Below are positions 10,645 through 19,538 of a DNA stretch of 64,000 bases, one piece after another (the first letter of the stretch is position 1; each line of letters opens with the position of its first letter). The position numbers and the translations under genes were made by a program. Location: contig NZ_CP191258.1 in assembly GCF_050410795.1 (NCBI RefSeq), forward strand, positions 1,443,118 through 1,507,117, written 5' to 3'. The notes beneath the pieces are model-generated. The model ran no database searches, had not been told where the DNA came from, and saw only the letters and a list, made by a program, of their open reading frames with translations. This DNA is from Fontivita pretiosa. GTDB taxonomy: Bacteria; Planctomycetota; Phycisphaerae; Tepidisphaerales; Tepidisphaeraceae.

Positions 10645-11115
10645 TCACCGCGCCGTGGCAAACCCGATCTTCTTGAACTCCGCGGTCATCGCGGCCTGGT
10701 AGACCTCCACCAGATGCTCGTACTTCACCGACCGCGAGGGGCTGATGATGATCTGAACCTTGTCCGGCCCCTTGCCGGCGCGCCCGAACTGATCGCGCAT
10801 GCGCGCCAGCCCGGCGGCCAGGGCGTCCTGACTGCCGGTCTGAATCTGTCCCACCCGCGCGATGTAACCATCGCGTGTTGCGTTCTGATCCACGCGGATC
10901 TCCAGCGGCTCATCGGTGGGAAATCCGCCCGGCGGAGGCTGCACCGCCCCGCCGCCGGTTTCGCGCAGCGGCAGATTGCTGACCAGATACCACTCGGTGC
11001 CGGCGAACGTGCCGGTCATCATCAGGAAGATCAGCAGGACCATCACGACGTCCACCAGCGGCGTCATGTTCGGCCCCGAGTCGTAGTGAACTTTTTTCGC
11101 GCCCTGAATCTTCAT
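10645..11115 (-). CDS. exbD: ExbD/TolR biopolymer transport protein
   Basis: N-terminal TPLVDVVMVLLIFLM single-TM motif; 156 aa. Confidence 0.85.
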   Translation of the reverse strand: MKIQGAKKVHYDSGPNMTPLVDVVMVLLIFLMMTGTFAGTEWYLVSNLPLRETGGGAVQPPPGGFPTDEPLEIRVDQNATRDGYIARVGQIQTGSQDALAAGLARMRDQFGRAGKGPDKVQIIISPSRSVKYEHLVEVYQAAMTAEFKKIGFATAR

Positions 11116-11189
11116 CTTTTCATGTCACCAGCCTCTGGCCCAAGCCCGGCTCGCGCACGAGTGCGACACCCGTGAAACGCAGCCGCGAA

Positions 11190-11750
11190 TCAACGCGTCT
11201 TGCGCACTGTGCTGAAGTTGACGTTGCGGACATTGGCCTCCATACACGCCCGCAGGACCGGCTCCAGGCTGCCGTAGGTCAATCCCGCGCGGCGAGGCTC
11301 GCGGTCCTCCAACCCCTTGTCGCCCCGGATGATGACGCTGAGATGCTCGTTGTCGGCGTTCTCGTCGCTGCCGCCGGGGCGACCGTCCCGTCCGAAGCGC
11401 AGTCGCCGCAGCACCTCCGTCAGCGGCCGCCGGCCCGTCAGCGGGTCCACCACCTTCAGCTCCACCGGCCTGCCTGTCCTGCTCACCGATCCATCGGCCT
11501 CCACCAGCGCCGTGACGAACGGCTGGCCGGCCACCTCGCGCACGTTCAGCACGATCGAGCTGCCCGCGCCGATGTCCTTGATCTCCTTGCCCAGTGCGCT
11601 GGCCGGCAGCTCGATGTCCTGCTCGGCGCCGGTCGTCACCCCGATCTTGGCCACCAGCATGAAGAAGATGATCAGGCACATCACGATGTCGATCAGCGGC
11701 GTGACGTTGACGTTGCCTTCCTTGATGTCGGGCATGCGACGAATTCGCAT
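11190..11750 (-). CDS. exbD: ExbD/TolR biopolymer transport protein (second copy)
   Basis: TPLIDIVMCLIIFFM motif; GGAGG RBS 8 nt upstream of the ATG. Confidence 0.85.
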   Translation of the reverse strand: MRIRRMPDIKEGNVNVTPLIDIVMCLIIFFMLVAKIGVTTGAEQDIELPASALGKEIKDIGAGSSIVLNVREVAGQPFVTALVEADGSVSRTGRPVELKVVDPLTGRRPLTEVLRRLRFGRDGRPGGSDENADNEHLSVIIRGDKGLEDREPRRAGLTYGSLEPVLRACMEANVRNVNFSTVRKTR

Positions 11751-11778
11751 CGCGCACCTCCGTCGTCAGTCGCTTCTG

Positions 11779-12711
11779 TCATGGTTGCGGAGAGATGCTG
11801 GGCTTGGCCCGGCCCATCGCCGGTGGAGGCGGAGCCACCGGCTGGGGAATCCCGATGTTCGGCTGCGGCGCGGCGCGCATCCCAGCCGGGATCGTCGGCG
11901 AAGGCACGGCGGGCCTGGCCTCGGCGGGCTTGATCATCAAAAGCAGCTCCTCGGCCACCAGCGCGCCGCGGATCGTCAGCCGGTCCACCATCGTCCGCAG
12001 AACGCCGAACGCCGCCAGACATGGCACCGCCAGAAACAACCCCAGAAACGTGTGCGCCAGCGCCTTGCTGATGCCGTGCGCAAGCTGAGCCGGATTGGCA
12101 TTGCCTCCCGCCGCGTGCATCTCGCTGAACGCGTCGATCATCCCAAGCACCGTCCCCAGCAGCCCCAGCAGCGGCCCGAGGTTCCCGATGATGTTCAGGT
12201 ACTCGATCTTGCGGAACTGCTCGGCGGTCTGCTCGCCAATGGCGGTTTCCATCGCCTCCTTCATCGCGCTGAAGGATGGGGCCCGCTTCAGGGCCGGGTT
12301 CAGGGCCTTGCTGATGAAGCTGGGGTCCTGCTCGGTGAACTCGATCAGCTCGCGAAAGCGACGCTGCGCGATCATCTCCCGGATCAGGTTGGTGGTCTGC
12401 GGGGGCATGAACACGGCGGCGCGGTTCTTGATGAAGCCCTGGATGATCAGCGTCAGACCGGTCACCGACAGAAGGATGATAATGAAGAAGACAAAGTCGA
12501 TGTTCTGGAGGATCAGTGCCGCAAGCCCGACCTTCTGTGCCGCCGGTGTTGCGCCGGGCGTCGCGGAAGGCGCCGCTGCCGAAGGCACAGCCCCGCCGGG
12601 CGCGGGCGAGTCCTGTGCGTGGCTGCCGCTGGTGCTGAGCAACACCCCCGCCGCCAGCAGCATCCCCGCCAGCAGAATCAATCTGAGCTTCGATGTCGCA
12701 TATCGCCGCAT
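11779..12711 (-). CDS. exbB: MotA/TolQ/ExbB proton-channel protein
   Basis: C-terminal GPLLGLLGTVLGMIDAF motif. Start moved to ATG (MRRYATSK) with an AAGGA RBS; the tool start is an alternative GTG. N-terminal signal plus an Ala/Pro-rich extension. Confidence 0.85.
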   Translation of the reverse strand: MRRYATSKLRLILLAGMLLAAGVLLSTSGSHAQDSPAPGGAVPSAAAPSATPGATPAAQKVGLAALILQNIDFVFFIIILLSVTGLTLIIQGFIKNRAAVFMPPQTTNLIREMIAQRRFRELIEFTEQDPSFISKALNPALKRAPSFSAMKEAMETAIGEQTAEQFRKIEYLNIIGNLGPLLGLLGTVLGMIDAFSEMHAAGGNANPAQLAHGISKALAHTFLGLFLAVPCLAAFGVLRTMVDRLTIRGALVAEELLLMIKPAEARPAVPSPTIPAGMRAAPQPNIGIPQPVAPPPPAMGRAKPSISPQP

Positions 12712-12725
12712 GTCACATCCTTCTT

Positions 12726-13832
12726 CTACAAATCCTGCCGATCGATGATCCTGCACACCCCTCCGTTCTCCGAAGCAATGGTGCGGACGACCTTTTCCAG
12801 CTCCGGGCTGTGGGTGCTGCGGATCAGGATCACGTTCACCCGCACCTTGCGGTCCGCATTCAGCCTGCGGAATTCGTTGATCACGGCGTCGAAGCTCACG
12901 ACTGCTTCGAAACCGTCGGTCAGCACGTAAATCAGCTCCGGCTGCTGTTGAAACGCCAGGCGGATCGCTGGCAGCGGATCCGTCGATCCGGCGCTGGTCA
13001 TCTTCTGCGACAGCTCGAAGGCCCGGCGTTTCTGCTCGGGATTGGCCATCACCAGCCGGTCTTTGCTCAGCGCGATCACGTCCACATCAGAGAAGAAAAT
13101 GACGTTGAAGGCCTGGATCGGCTTCAAGACTTCCACGGCCTTTCGCAGCTCGTCCTGTACGCGTGGGAACACGCCCCACATGGAGCCGGAGGCATCGCAG
13201 ATATAGACGACTTTTCGGGCGTTGCCGGAGATGCCCATGAACGGGGACTTTGGCCCCAGCCCCTGTCCGCCGCCGGGCACGCCGAACGGCGCCATCGGCC
13301 CGCCGCCTTCTCCGCCGGCGCCGCCGCTTCCCTGGGGTCCTGAGCCGGCGATGCCGCTGCGCAGCCCCAGGCCGATCACCGAATCCGCCGCGTCCGGCGC
13401 CGCCCCGGCCATCAGCGTACTGGTCAGCGATTCGCTGCGTTTCTGCGCCCAGCCGTCGGCGGCGGTGATGTGCGGGTCCACGTCCTGTGCCGCCGACAGG
13501 TTCGGATCGCCTCCCAGCCCCGGATTGGGCAATCCACCCACGTCGGCGTTCTCCACAATCGCCGCCTCGGGGATGATCACCTGCTCGCGCGTGGGGCTGA
13601 CCATCTGCGGCACTGTCTTCAGCAGCGCATAGCCAATGATCAGCAGCGACAGGTGAAACACGATCGACGTCGCCAGCGGCAGCAGATTCTGCACCGTCGG
13701 GTTGCGCAGGAAGCTGACGTGCACCAGCGGGGCAGGAGGATTTTGTCCTGCGGCCGGCGGCGGCCCGTCGGCAGCGGAGAGCTGCGCCTCGGGAAAGCGG
13801 GCCGCTTCGGACATCGGCTGCTGGATCGACAT
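12726..13832 (-). CDS. von Willebrand factor A (vWA) domain membrane protein
   Basis: vWA MIDAS-like VVYICDASGSM, with a TM helix and Gly-rich linker; start chosen at MSIQQPM with an AGGAAG RBS. Confidence 0.75.
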   Translation of the reverse strand: MSIQQPMSEAARFPEAQLSAADGPPPAAGQNPPAPLVHVSFLRNPTVQNLLPLATSIVFHLSLLIIGYALLKTVPQMVSPTREQVIIPEAAIVENADVGGLPNPGLGGDPNLSAAQDVDPHITAADGWAQKRSESLTSTLMAGAAPDAADSVIGLGLRSGIAGSGPQGSGGAGGEGGGPMAPFGVPGGGQGLGPKSPFMGISGNARKVVYICDASGSMWGVFPRVQDELRKAVEVLKPIQAFNVIFFSDVDVIALSKDRLVMANPEQKRRAFELSQKMTSAGSTDPLPAIRLAFQQQPELIYVLTDGFEAVVSFDAVINEFRRLNADRKVRVNVILIRSTHSPELEKVVRTIASENGGVCRIIDRQDL

Positions 13833-14100
13833 CGCGACGACTTCCTGGAACGTTTGCGGTTTCCGCGATTCGTGCGTGCTTTGCGTCTGCACGACCCCGC
13901 CGCAGGCTCCCACGCGCCCGAGCATTCACCAGCAGGAATGACCCGCACGGCCCGGGCGGAAACCTTGCCTGCGGTCCGGATCCATTCGACGTACCGTGCT
14001 CACCTTCCCGCCGTGCATTCTAAGCACAGCTTTGGGCAGGAAAAGCGGACTGTTCGGCTTTTTTTCGCGAATCGCGGCAACGGTATAATACTTTTGCCCG

Positions 14101-14742
14101 ATGCTGCTCAAACGTATTGCCATCGTTGTGTCGCTGGTGCTGGCCGGGGGCGTGGCGCTGCTGTGGGGCCGCAGCTACGCCGTCGGCGACCGCTACCGAT
14201 GGGTACGCATTCAGGATGCGCCCTCGGGGCGATTCGTGATGAGCAGCGGGGGCTTCGCCACCGGGATCGGCGGCATCCGGTTCGTCTACGAAGCCGTGGA
14301 CAGCACCGACCCCAATGTAATCGATCGGACCCGACGACGGCTGGACGGGATCAGCCGCTGGGCGCCGCCAGGATACCGCACCATCGACCCGCCTCGTTAC
14401 CCGATGCGCGAGGCGAGCAACGATTCGGTCCTGGCGTCGCTGGGGTTTCATTTCGATCACTGGAGCAACAGTTCGCCGACCAGCCGCCAACGACAATTGA
14501 CTGTCACGGTGCCGTTCTGGGCCATCTTCCTGGCGCTGATCGGCTACCCCCTGGGGCGATACGTGGCGGGGGTGGTGCGGCGTCAAAGGGAGGATCGCCT
14601 GGCGTTGGGACTGTGCCCACGATGCGGCGTGCCGTTGAACGATGCCTTGTCGCGATGTCCCGGATGCGATCGCCCGATTCCACGTCCCAACACGACCGAA
14701 AACGCATTGAGCTCCGCCAGCGAAGCTCGCTCGGCGGTGTGA
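14101..14742 (+). CDS. Hypothetical membrane protein with C-terminal zinc ribbon
   Basis: Two hydrophobic segments and CPRCG...CPGCD near the C-terminus. Confidence 0.5.
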   Translation: MLLKRIAIVVSLVLAGGVALLWGRSYAVGDRYRWVRIQDAPSGRFVMSSGGFATGIGGIRFVYEAVDSTDPNVIDRTRRRLDGISRWAPPGYRTIDPPRYPMREASNDSVLASLGFHFDHWSNSSPTSRQRQLTVTVPFWAIFLALIGYPLGRYVAGVVRRQREDRLALGLCPRCGVPLNDALSRCPGCDRPIPRPNTTENALSSASEARSAV

Positions 14743-14761
14743 GCCGCGTGGCTACCAGTCA

Positions 14762-15104
14762 TTGCCGACACCGGATCGAATGCTGCTGATCGTCGCGATT
14801 CTCATCGCCGCAACCGTTCCGGCCGTGTGGGCGACCGGCCGAATCCTGAGCATCGATCATGCCCCGCCGCTGCTGCGACGCCTGGCCGGCTGGTTCGTGC
14901 CCTGGGGGGCATGCGTGTGGCTGGCCTGGTCGCTGATGTGGCAGGCGAACCTTCCCCGGCTGGACTGGAACGCCTGCCGACTGGCGCCGGTTGTGGGCAT
15001 GCTGTACGGCTACAGGCTGTACAACGTCCCGGAGCAGGGTCCGATCAGCACACACATCTATGGCCCGGTGTGGGCGCTGGCAATGCTGCCGGCGGCGAAC
15101 GTTT
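14762..15104 (+). pseudogene. N-terminal fragment of a polytopic membrane protein, truncated at the left edge of the tandem array
   Basis: Hydrophobic N-terminal ~115 codons. The reading frame then runs out of frame through repeat-derived sequence (R/D/E-rich, junk-like). Confidence 0.35.
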
Positions 15105-15380
15105 CCCGATGTCGTGATCGCCGGGCAGAGCATGATCGAAATCAAGCGAGTACAATCGCTGCAACTGACCGACCAGTTCAGAGCACAGATCCAGGCGGCG
15201 AAAGAGCATGGATTGAACTATCGGATCATCGTTTCGGATACCCTGGTTGGAGATCCGCATCCAGACCTTACGGGTCTGATGACGGATCTGCTCTTGAACC
15301 GGGCCAACGGAAAGACCGCGAGCATCGAAAAGTACGACAGCATTCAGAGGAAGCTGGTGAAGATATGGCCCTTGGAATAG
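15093..15380 (+). pseudogene. 5'-truncated copy (copy 1) of the 157-aa PD-(D/E)xK-like gene
   Basis: Homology to copies 2 and 3 begins at ...gcggcgaacgtttcccgatg. It retains RRTFPDVVIAGQSMIEIK...PLE but lacks the N-terminal ~60 codons. Confidence 0.5.
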
Positions 15381-16438
15381 GCATGGCATACCTGAGTTTT
15401 GTTGCTGAAGAGATGCTATCAGACGACGCGCTCGTTCAGCTCACGCTCGACTTTGCGGCGCGATTCCCACGCCTGGCTCCCCAGGAGATCGGGTTGAAGC
15501 CGGAAGCGGTCAGATTCGATTCCGCCAGGCTCAAATCGGTGCTGACCCCGGAGCGACTGGAGTTCGGTTGGAGTTGGAGACGAAGTAGACCTGACATAGA
15601 AGGTCGCAGATCGCGCGACCCCCGTGATGGGGACGAGAATGAGTACCTCTCCATCGACTTGGATCATGTCGAGCAGCAGGAACTGCTCGAGGTGGCCGAG
15701 TGGTATGCCCAGCGGGTGCGACTGGCATACGCTCACATCCATGTCCTGTCCGAGCCGGAGGCGCAGCATGCGGCCGCGCGAGGTTTGGCCTTCCTGGGAA
15801 TATCGCCTCAGGCTCACAAAGATCCACAGGCATGGAGCTACTACCCGCGGAATCTGAATCAGCTCTGCAACGGCATTCCCGACCTGTGCTGGGTGACGGT
15901 CTTCGGGCCGATGTACGTCCGTCACTTTGGTCGCGAGCGGCTGCTGTCGGCCCCGGCGCCGGTCGTGCGCGAGATCGCGACGGATACCATCCTGCTGCAA
16001 CTGAGCCACAGCTACACTGAGGTCGCCACGGACTGGGAGAAGTTCAATGCCACGCGCGAGGCGGTCATCGACCATCTCGGCCGCGAGTGCTTCAACCGCA
16101 GTGCACGCCCAGCGATCCCCCACCCAGCGGACAGCTGCGACGCACGGCTCGTGGATGTGGATCCGCGTTTCATCCCGCGGGAGTTGATGCCCCGGCGACA
16201 GAAGTTTCTCGCCGCCGCCTCGACTCCGCCCGAAGCCCTGCCCCCGCCGCTGACTAGCCTTGAGGAAATGCTCGCGCACGTTGGCCGACTGAAGGTGATA
16301 ACGATCATGGGTTCGCGCGTCCTGATCGATAAGGAGCGAAAGGAGCTGATCGGGTTCGCCGATCCGAAACTGGCCGAGGAATGGATCGACAAGCTCATCG
16401 CCGCCGGGGTGGAGGCGCAGGGGACGAGTCAACGGTGA
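15365..16438 (+). CDS. 357-aa hypothetical protein, cassette copy 1 (candidate immunity/partner)
   Basis: Near-identical to 16915..17988. Contains a local -1/+1 compensated frameshift (FNRSARPAIPHPADSC vs FNRVRTPSDPPPSGQR) relative to copies 2 and 3. Confidence 0.6.
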   Translation: MALGIGMAYLSFVAEEMLSDDALVQLTLDFAARFPRLAPQEIGLKPEAVRFDSARLKSVLTPERLEFGWSWRRSRPDIEGRRSRDPRDGDENEYLSIDLDHVEQQELLEVAEWYAQRVRLAYAHIHVLSEPEAQHAAARGLAFLGISPQAHKDPQAWSYYPRNLNQLCNGIPDLCWVTVFGPMYVRHFGRERLLSAPAPVVREIATDTILLQLSHSYTEVATDWEKFNATREAVIDHLGRECFNRSARPAIPHPADSCDARLVDVDPRFIPRELMPRRQKFLAAASTPPEALPPPLTSLEEMLAHVGRLKVITIMGSRVLIDKERKELIGFADPKLAEEWIDKLIAAGVEAQGTSQR

Positions 16439-16456
16439 CGACGTCGCTGGACTGCC

Positions 16457-16930
16457 GTGCGAGTCCGTTGGGCGCCACCCGGCCGCCTTCTGGCTGCCAA
16501 GCGGGCGGCCCAAATGATCCAGAACGCGGCCGCGGGGATGAAGTTCCAGAATGAGATGCGACTGCTTTTGCGGGAGGTGGAGCAACTGGACGTGCCGGCG
16601 AAAAAGCGATTCTTCGACGTGGTCCTCGCTACGGGCAGGGCGCGGCGAACGTTTCCCGATGTCGTGATCGCCGGGCAGAGCATGATCGAAATCAAGCGAG
16701 TACAATCGCTGCAACTGACCGACCAGTTCAGAGCACAGATCCAGGCGGCGAAAGAGCATGGATTGAATTATCGGATCATCGTTTCGGATACCCTGGTTGG
16801 AGATCCGGATCCACGCCTTACGCGTCTGATGACGGATCTGCTCTTGAACCGGGCCAACGGAAAGACCGCGAGCATCGAAAAGTACGACAGCATTCAGAGG
16901 AAGCTGGTGAAGATATGGCCCTTGGAATAG
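16457..16930 (+). CDS. 157-aa PD-(D/E)xK nuclease-fold-like small protein, cassette copy 2 (candidate toxin)
   Basis: FFDVVL...FPDVVIAG-x5-IEIK resembles an Hjc/YraN-type PD-(D/E)xK signature; overlaps the downstream gene by 16 nt. The true start may be an internal ATG (MIQNAAAG or MKFQNE). Confidence 0.55.
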   Translation: MRVRWAPPGRLLAAKRAAQMIQNAAAGMKFQNEMRLLLREVEQLDVPAKKRFFDVVLATGRARRTFPDVVIAGQSMIEIKRVQSLQLTDQFRAQIQAAKEHGLNYRIIVSDTLVGDPDPRLTRLMTDLLLNRANGKTASIEKYDSIQRKLVKIWPLE

Positions 16931-17988
16931 GCATGGCATACCTGAGTTTTGTTGCTGAAGAGATGCTATCAGACGACGCGCTCGTTCAGCTCACGCTCGA
17001 CTTTGCGGCGCGATTCCCACGCCTGGCTCCCCAGGAGATCGGGTTGAAGCCGGAAGCGGTCAGATTCGATTCCGCCAGGCTCAAATCGGTGCTGACCCCG
17101 GAGCGACTGGAGTTCGGTTGGAGTTGGAGACGAAGTAGACCTGACATAGAAGGTCGCAGATCGCGCGACCCCCGTGATGGGGACGAGAATGAGTACCTCT
17201 CCATCGACTTGGATCATGTCGAGCAGCAGGAACTGCTCGAGGTGGCCGAGTGGTATGCCCAGCGGGTGCGACTGGCATACGCTCACATCCATGTCCTGTC
17301 CGAGCCGGAGGCGCAGCATGCGGCCGCGCGAGGTTTGGCCTTCCTGGGAATATCGCCTCAGGCTCACAAAGATCCCCAGGCATGGAGCTACTACCCGCGG
17401 AATCTGAATCAGCTCTGCAACGGCATTCCCGACCTGTGCTGGGTGACGGTCTTCGGGCCGATGTACGTCCGTCACTTTGGTCGCGAGCGGCTGCTGTCGG
17501 CCCCGGCGCCGGTCGTGCGCGAGATCGCGACGGATACCATCCTGCTGCAACTGAGCCACAGCTACACTGAGGTCGCCACGGACTGGGAGAAGTTCAATGC
17601 CACGCGCGAGGCGGTCATCGACCATCTCGGCCGCGAGTGCTTCAACCGCGTGCGCACGCCCAGCGATCCCCCACCCAGCGGACAGCGCGACGCACGGCTC
17701 GTGGATGTGGATCCGCGTTTCATCCCGCGGGAGTTGATGCCCCGGCGACAGAAGTTTCTCGCCGCCGCCTCGACTCCGCCCGAAGCCCTGCCCCCGCCGC
17801 TGACTAGCCTTGAGGAAATGCTCGCGCACGTTGGCCGACTGAAGGTGATAACGATCATGGGTTCGCGCGTCCTGATCGATAAGGAGCGAAAGGAGCTGAT
17901 CGGGTTCGCCGATCCGAAACTGGCCGAGGAATGGATCGACAAGCTCATCGCCGCCGGGGTGGAGGCGCAGGGGACGAGTCAACGGTGA
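16915..17988 (+). CDS. 357-aa hypothetical protein, cassette copy 2
   Basis: Identical domain architecture to copies 1 and 3; protein-like composition, whereas the opposing 506-aa minus ORF is R/G/P-rich low complexity. Confidence 0.6.
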   Translation: MALGIGMAYLSFVAEEMLSDDALVQLTLDFAARFPRLAPQEIGLKPEAVRFDSARLKSVLTPERLEFGWSWRRSRPDIEGRRSRDPRDGDENEYLSIDLDHVEQQELLEVAEWYAQRVRLAYAHIHVLSEPEAQHAAARGLAFLGISPQAHKDPQAWSYYPRNLNQLCNGIPDLCWVTVFGPMYVRHFGRERLLSAPAPVVREIATDTILLQLSHSYTEVATDWEKFNATREAVIDHLGRECFNRVRTPSDPPPSGQRDARLVDVDPRFIPRELMPRRQKFLAAASTPPEALPPPLTSLEEMLAHVGRLKVITIMGSRVLIDKERKELIGFADPKLAEEWIDKLIAAGVEAQGTSQR

Positions 17989-18006
17989 CGACGTCGCTGG
18001 ACTGCC

Positions 18007-18480
18007 GTGCGAGTCCGTTGGGCGCCACCCGGCCGCCTTCTGGCTGCCAAGCGGGCGGCCCAAATGATCCAGAACGCGGCCGCGGGGATGAAGTTCCAGA
18101 ATGAGATGCGACTGCTTTTGCGGGAGGTGGAGCAACTGGACGTGCCGGCGAAAAAGCGATTCTTCGACGTGGTCCTCGCTACGGGCAGGGCGCGGCGAAC
18201 GTTTCCCGATGTCGTGATCGCCGGGCAGAGCATGATCGAAATCAAGCGAGTACAATCGCTGCAACTGACCGACCAGTTCAGAGCACAGATCCAGGCGGCG
18301 AAAGAGCATGGATTGAATTATCGGATCATCGTTTCGGATACCCTGGTTGGAGATCCGCATCCAGACCTTACGGGTCTGATGAGGGACCTGCTCTTGAACC
18401 GGGCCAACGGAAAGACCGCGAGCATCGAAAAGTACGACAGCATTCAGAGGAAGCTGGTGAAGATATGGCCCTTGGAATAG
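18007..18480 (+). CDS. 157-aa PD-(D/E)xK-like small protein, cassette copy 3
   Basis: Identical to copy 2 except the C-terminal DPHPDLTGLMRD segment. Confidence 0.55.
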   Translation: MRVRWAPPGRLLAAKRAAQMIQNAAAGMKFQNEMRLLLREVEQLDVPAKKRFFDVVLATGRARRTFPDVVIAGQSMIEIKRVQSLQLTDQFRAQIQAAKEHGLNYRIIVSDTLVGDPHPDLTGLMRDLLLNRANGKTASIEKYDSIQRKLVKIWPLE

Positions 18481-19538
18481 GCATGGCATACCTGAGTTTT
18501 GTTGCTGAAGAGATGCTATCAGACGACGCGCTCGTTCAGCTCACGCTCGACTTTGCGGCGCGATTCCCACGCCTGGCTCCCCAGGAGATCGGCCTGAAGC
18601 CCAACACGGTCAAAGTTGACCCCCGGACGCTCAAAGCGGCGCTGACACCGGAGCGGCTGGATGACGGCTGGCATTGGAGGCGACGTAAGCCTGACGTACG
18701 AGGATGCAGGTCACGCTTTCGCAGTGAGGGCGACGAGCATGAGTACCTCTCCATCGACTTGGATCATGTCGAGCAGCAGGAACTGCTCGAGGTGGCCGAG
18801 TGGTATGCCCAGCGGGTGCGACTGGCATACGCTCACATCCATGTCCTGTCCGAGCCGGAGGCGCAGCATGCGGCCGCGCGAGGTTTGGCCTTCCTGGGAA
18901 TATCGCCTCAGGCTCACAAAGATCCCCAGGCATGGAGCTACTACCCGCGGAATCTGAATGAGCTCTGCAACGGCATTCCCGACCTGTGCTGGGTGACGGT
19001 CTTCGGGCCGATGTACGTTCGGCACTTCGGTCGCGATCGGCTGCTGTCGGCCCCGGCGCCGGTCGTGCGCGAGATCGCGACGGATACCATCCTGCTGCAA
19101 CTGAGCCACAGCTACACTGAGGTCGCCACGGACTGGGAGAAGTTCAATGCCACGCGCGAGGCGGTCATCGACCATCTCGGCCGCGAGTGCTTCAACCGCG
19201 TGCGCACGCCCAGCGATCCCCCACCCAGCGGACAGCGCGACGCACGGCTCGTGGATGTGGATCCGCGTTTCATCCCGCGGGAGTTGATGCCCCGGCGACA
19301 GAAGTTTCTCGCCGCCGCCTCGACTCCGCCCGAAGCCCTGCCCCCGCCGCTGACTAGCCTTGAGGAAATGCTCGCGCACGTTGGCCGACTGAAGGTGATA
19401 ACGATCATGGGTTCGCGCGTCCTGATCGATAAGGAGCGAAAGGAGATGATCGGTTTTGCCGATCCGAAACTGGCCGAGGAATGGATCGACAAGCTCATCG
19501 CCGCAGGCGTGGAGGCGCAGGGGACGAGTCAACGGTGA
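18465..19538 (+). CDS. 357-aa hypothetical protein, cassette copy 3 (mosaic variant)
   Basis: ~99% identical to copy 2, except a ~160-bp patch (codons ~45-95) that is strongly divergent at both synonymous and non-synonymous sites. Confidence 0.6.
   Translation: MALGIGMAYLSFVAEEMLSDDALVQLTLDFAARFPRLAPQEIGLKPNTVKVDPRTLKAALTPERLDDGWHWRRRKPDVRGCRSRFRSEGDEHEYLSIDLDHVEQQELLEVAEWYAQRVRLAYAHIHVLSEPEAQHAAARGLAFLGISPQAHKDPQAWSYYPRNLNELCNGIPDLCWVTVFGPMYVRHFGRDRLLSAPAPVVREIATDTILLQLSHSYTEVATDWEKFNATREAVIDHLGRECFNRVRTPSDPPPSGQRDARLVDVDPRFIPRELMPRRQKFLAAASTPPEALPPPLTSLEEMLAHVGRLKVITIMGSRVLIDKERKEMIGFADPKLAEEWIDKLIAAGVEAQGTSQR

Noticed and set aside
14762-16438. 558-aa fusion ORF (membrane N-terminus read through into copy-1 357-aa gene) as a genuine single protein
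   Set aside because: The 90 codons between the membrane segment and the 357-aa domain are an out-of-frame read of the small-gene homology (R/D/E-rich, junk-like); frame continuity is most likely fortuitous.
15419-18489. Two 506-aa minus-strand ORFs antisense to the tandem cassette
   Set aside because: R/G/P/Q-rich low-complexity sequence, whereas the plus-strand 157-aa and 357-aa frames have protein-like composition and coupled overlapping start/stop.
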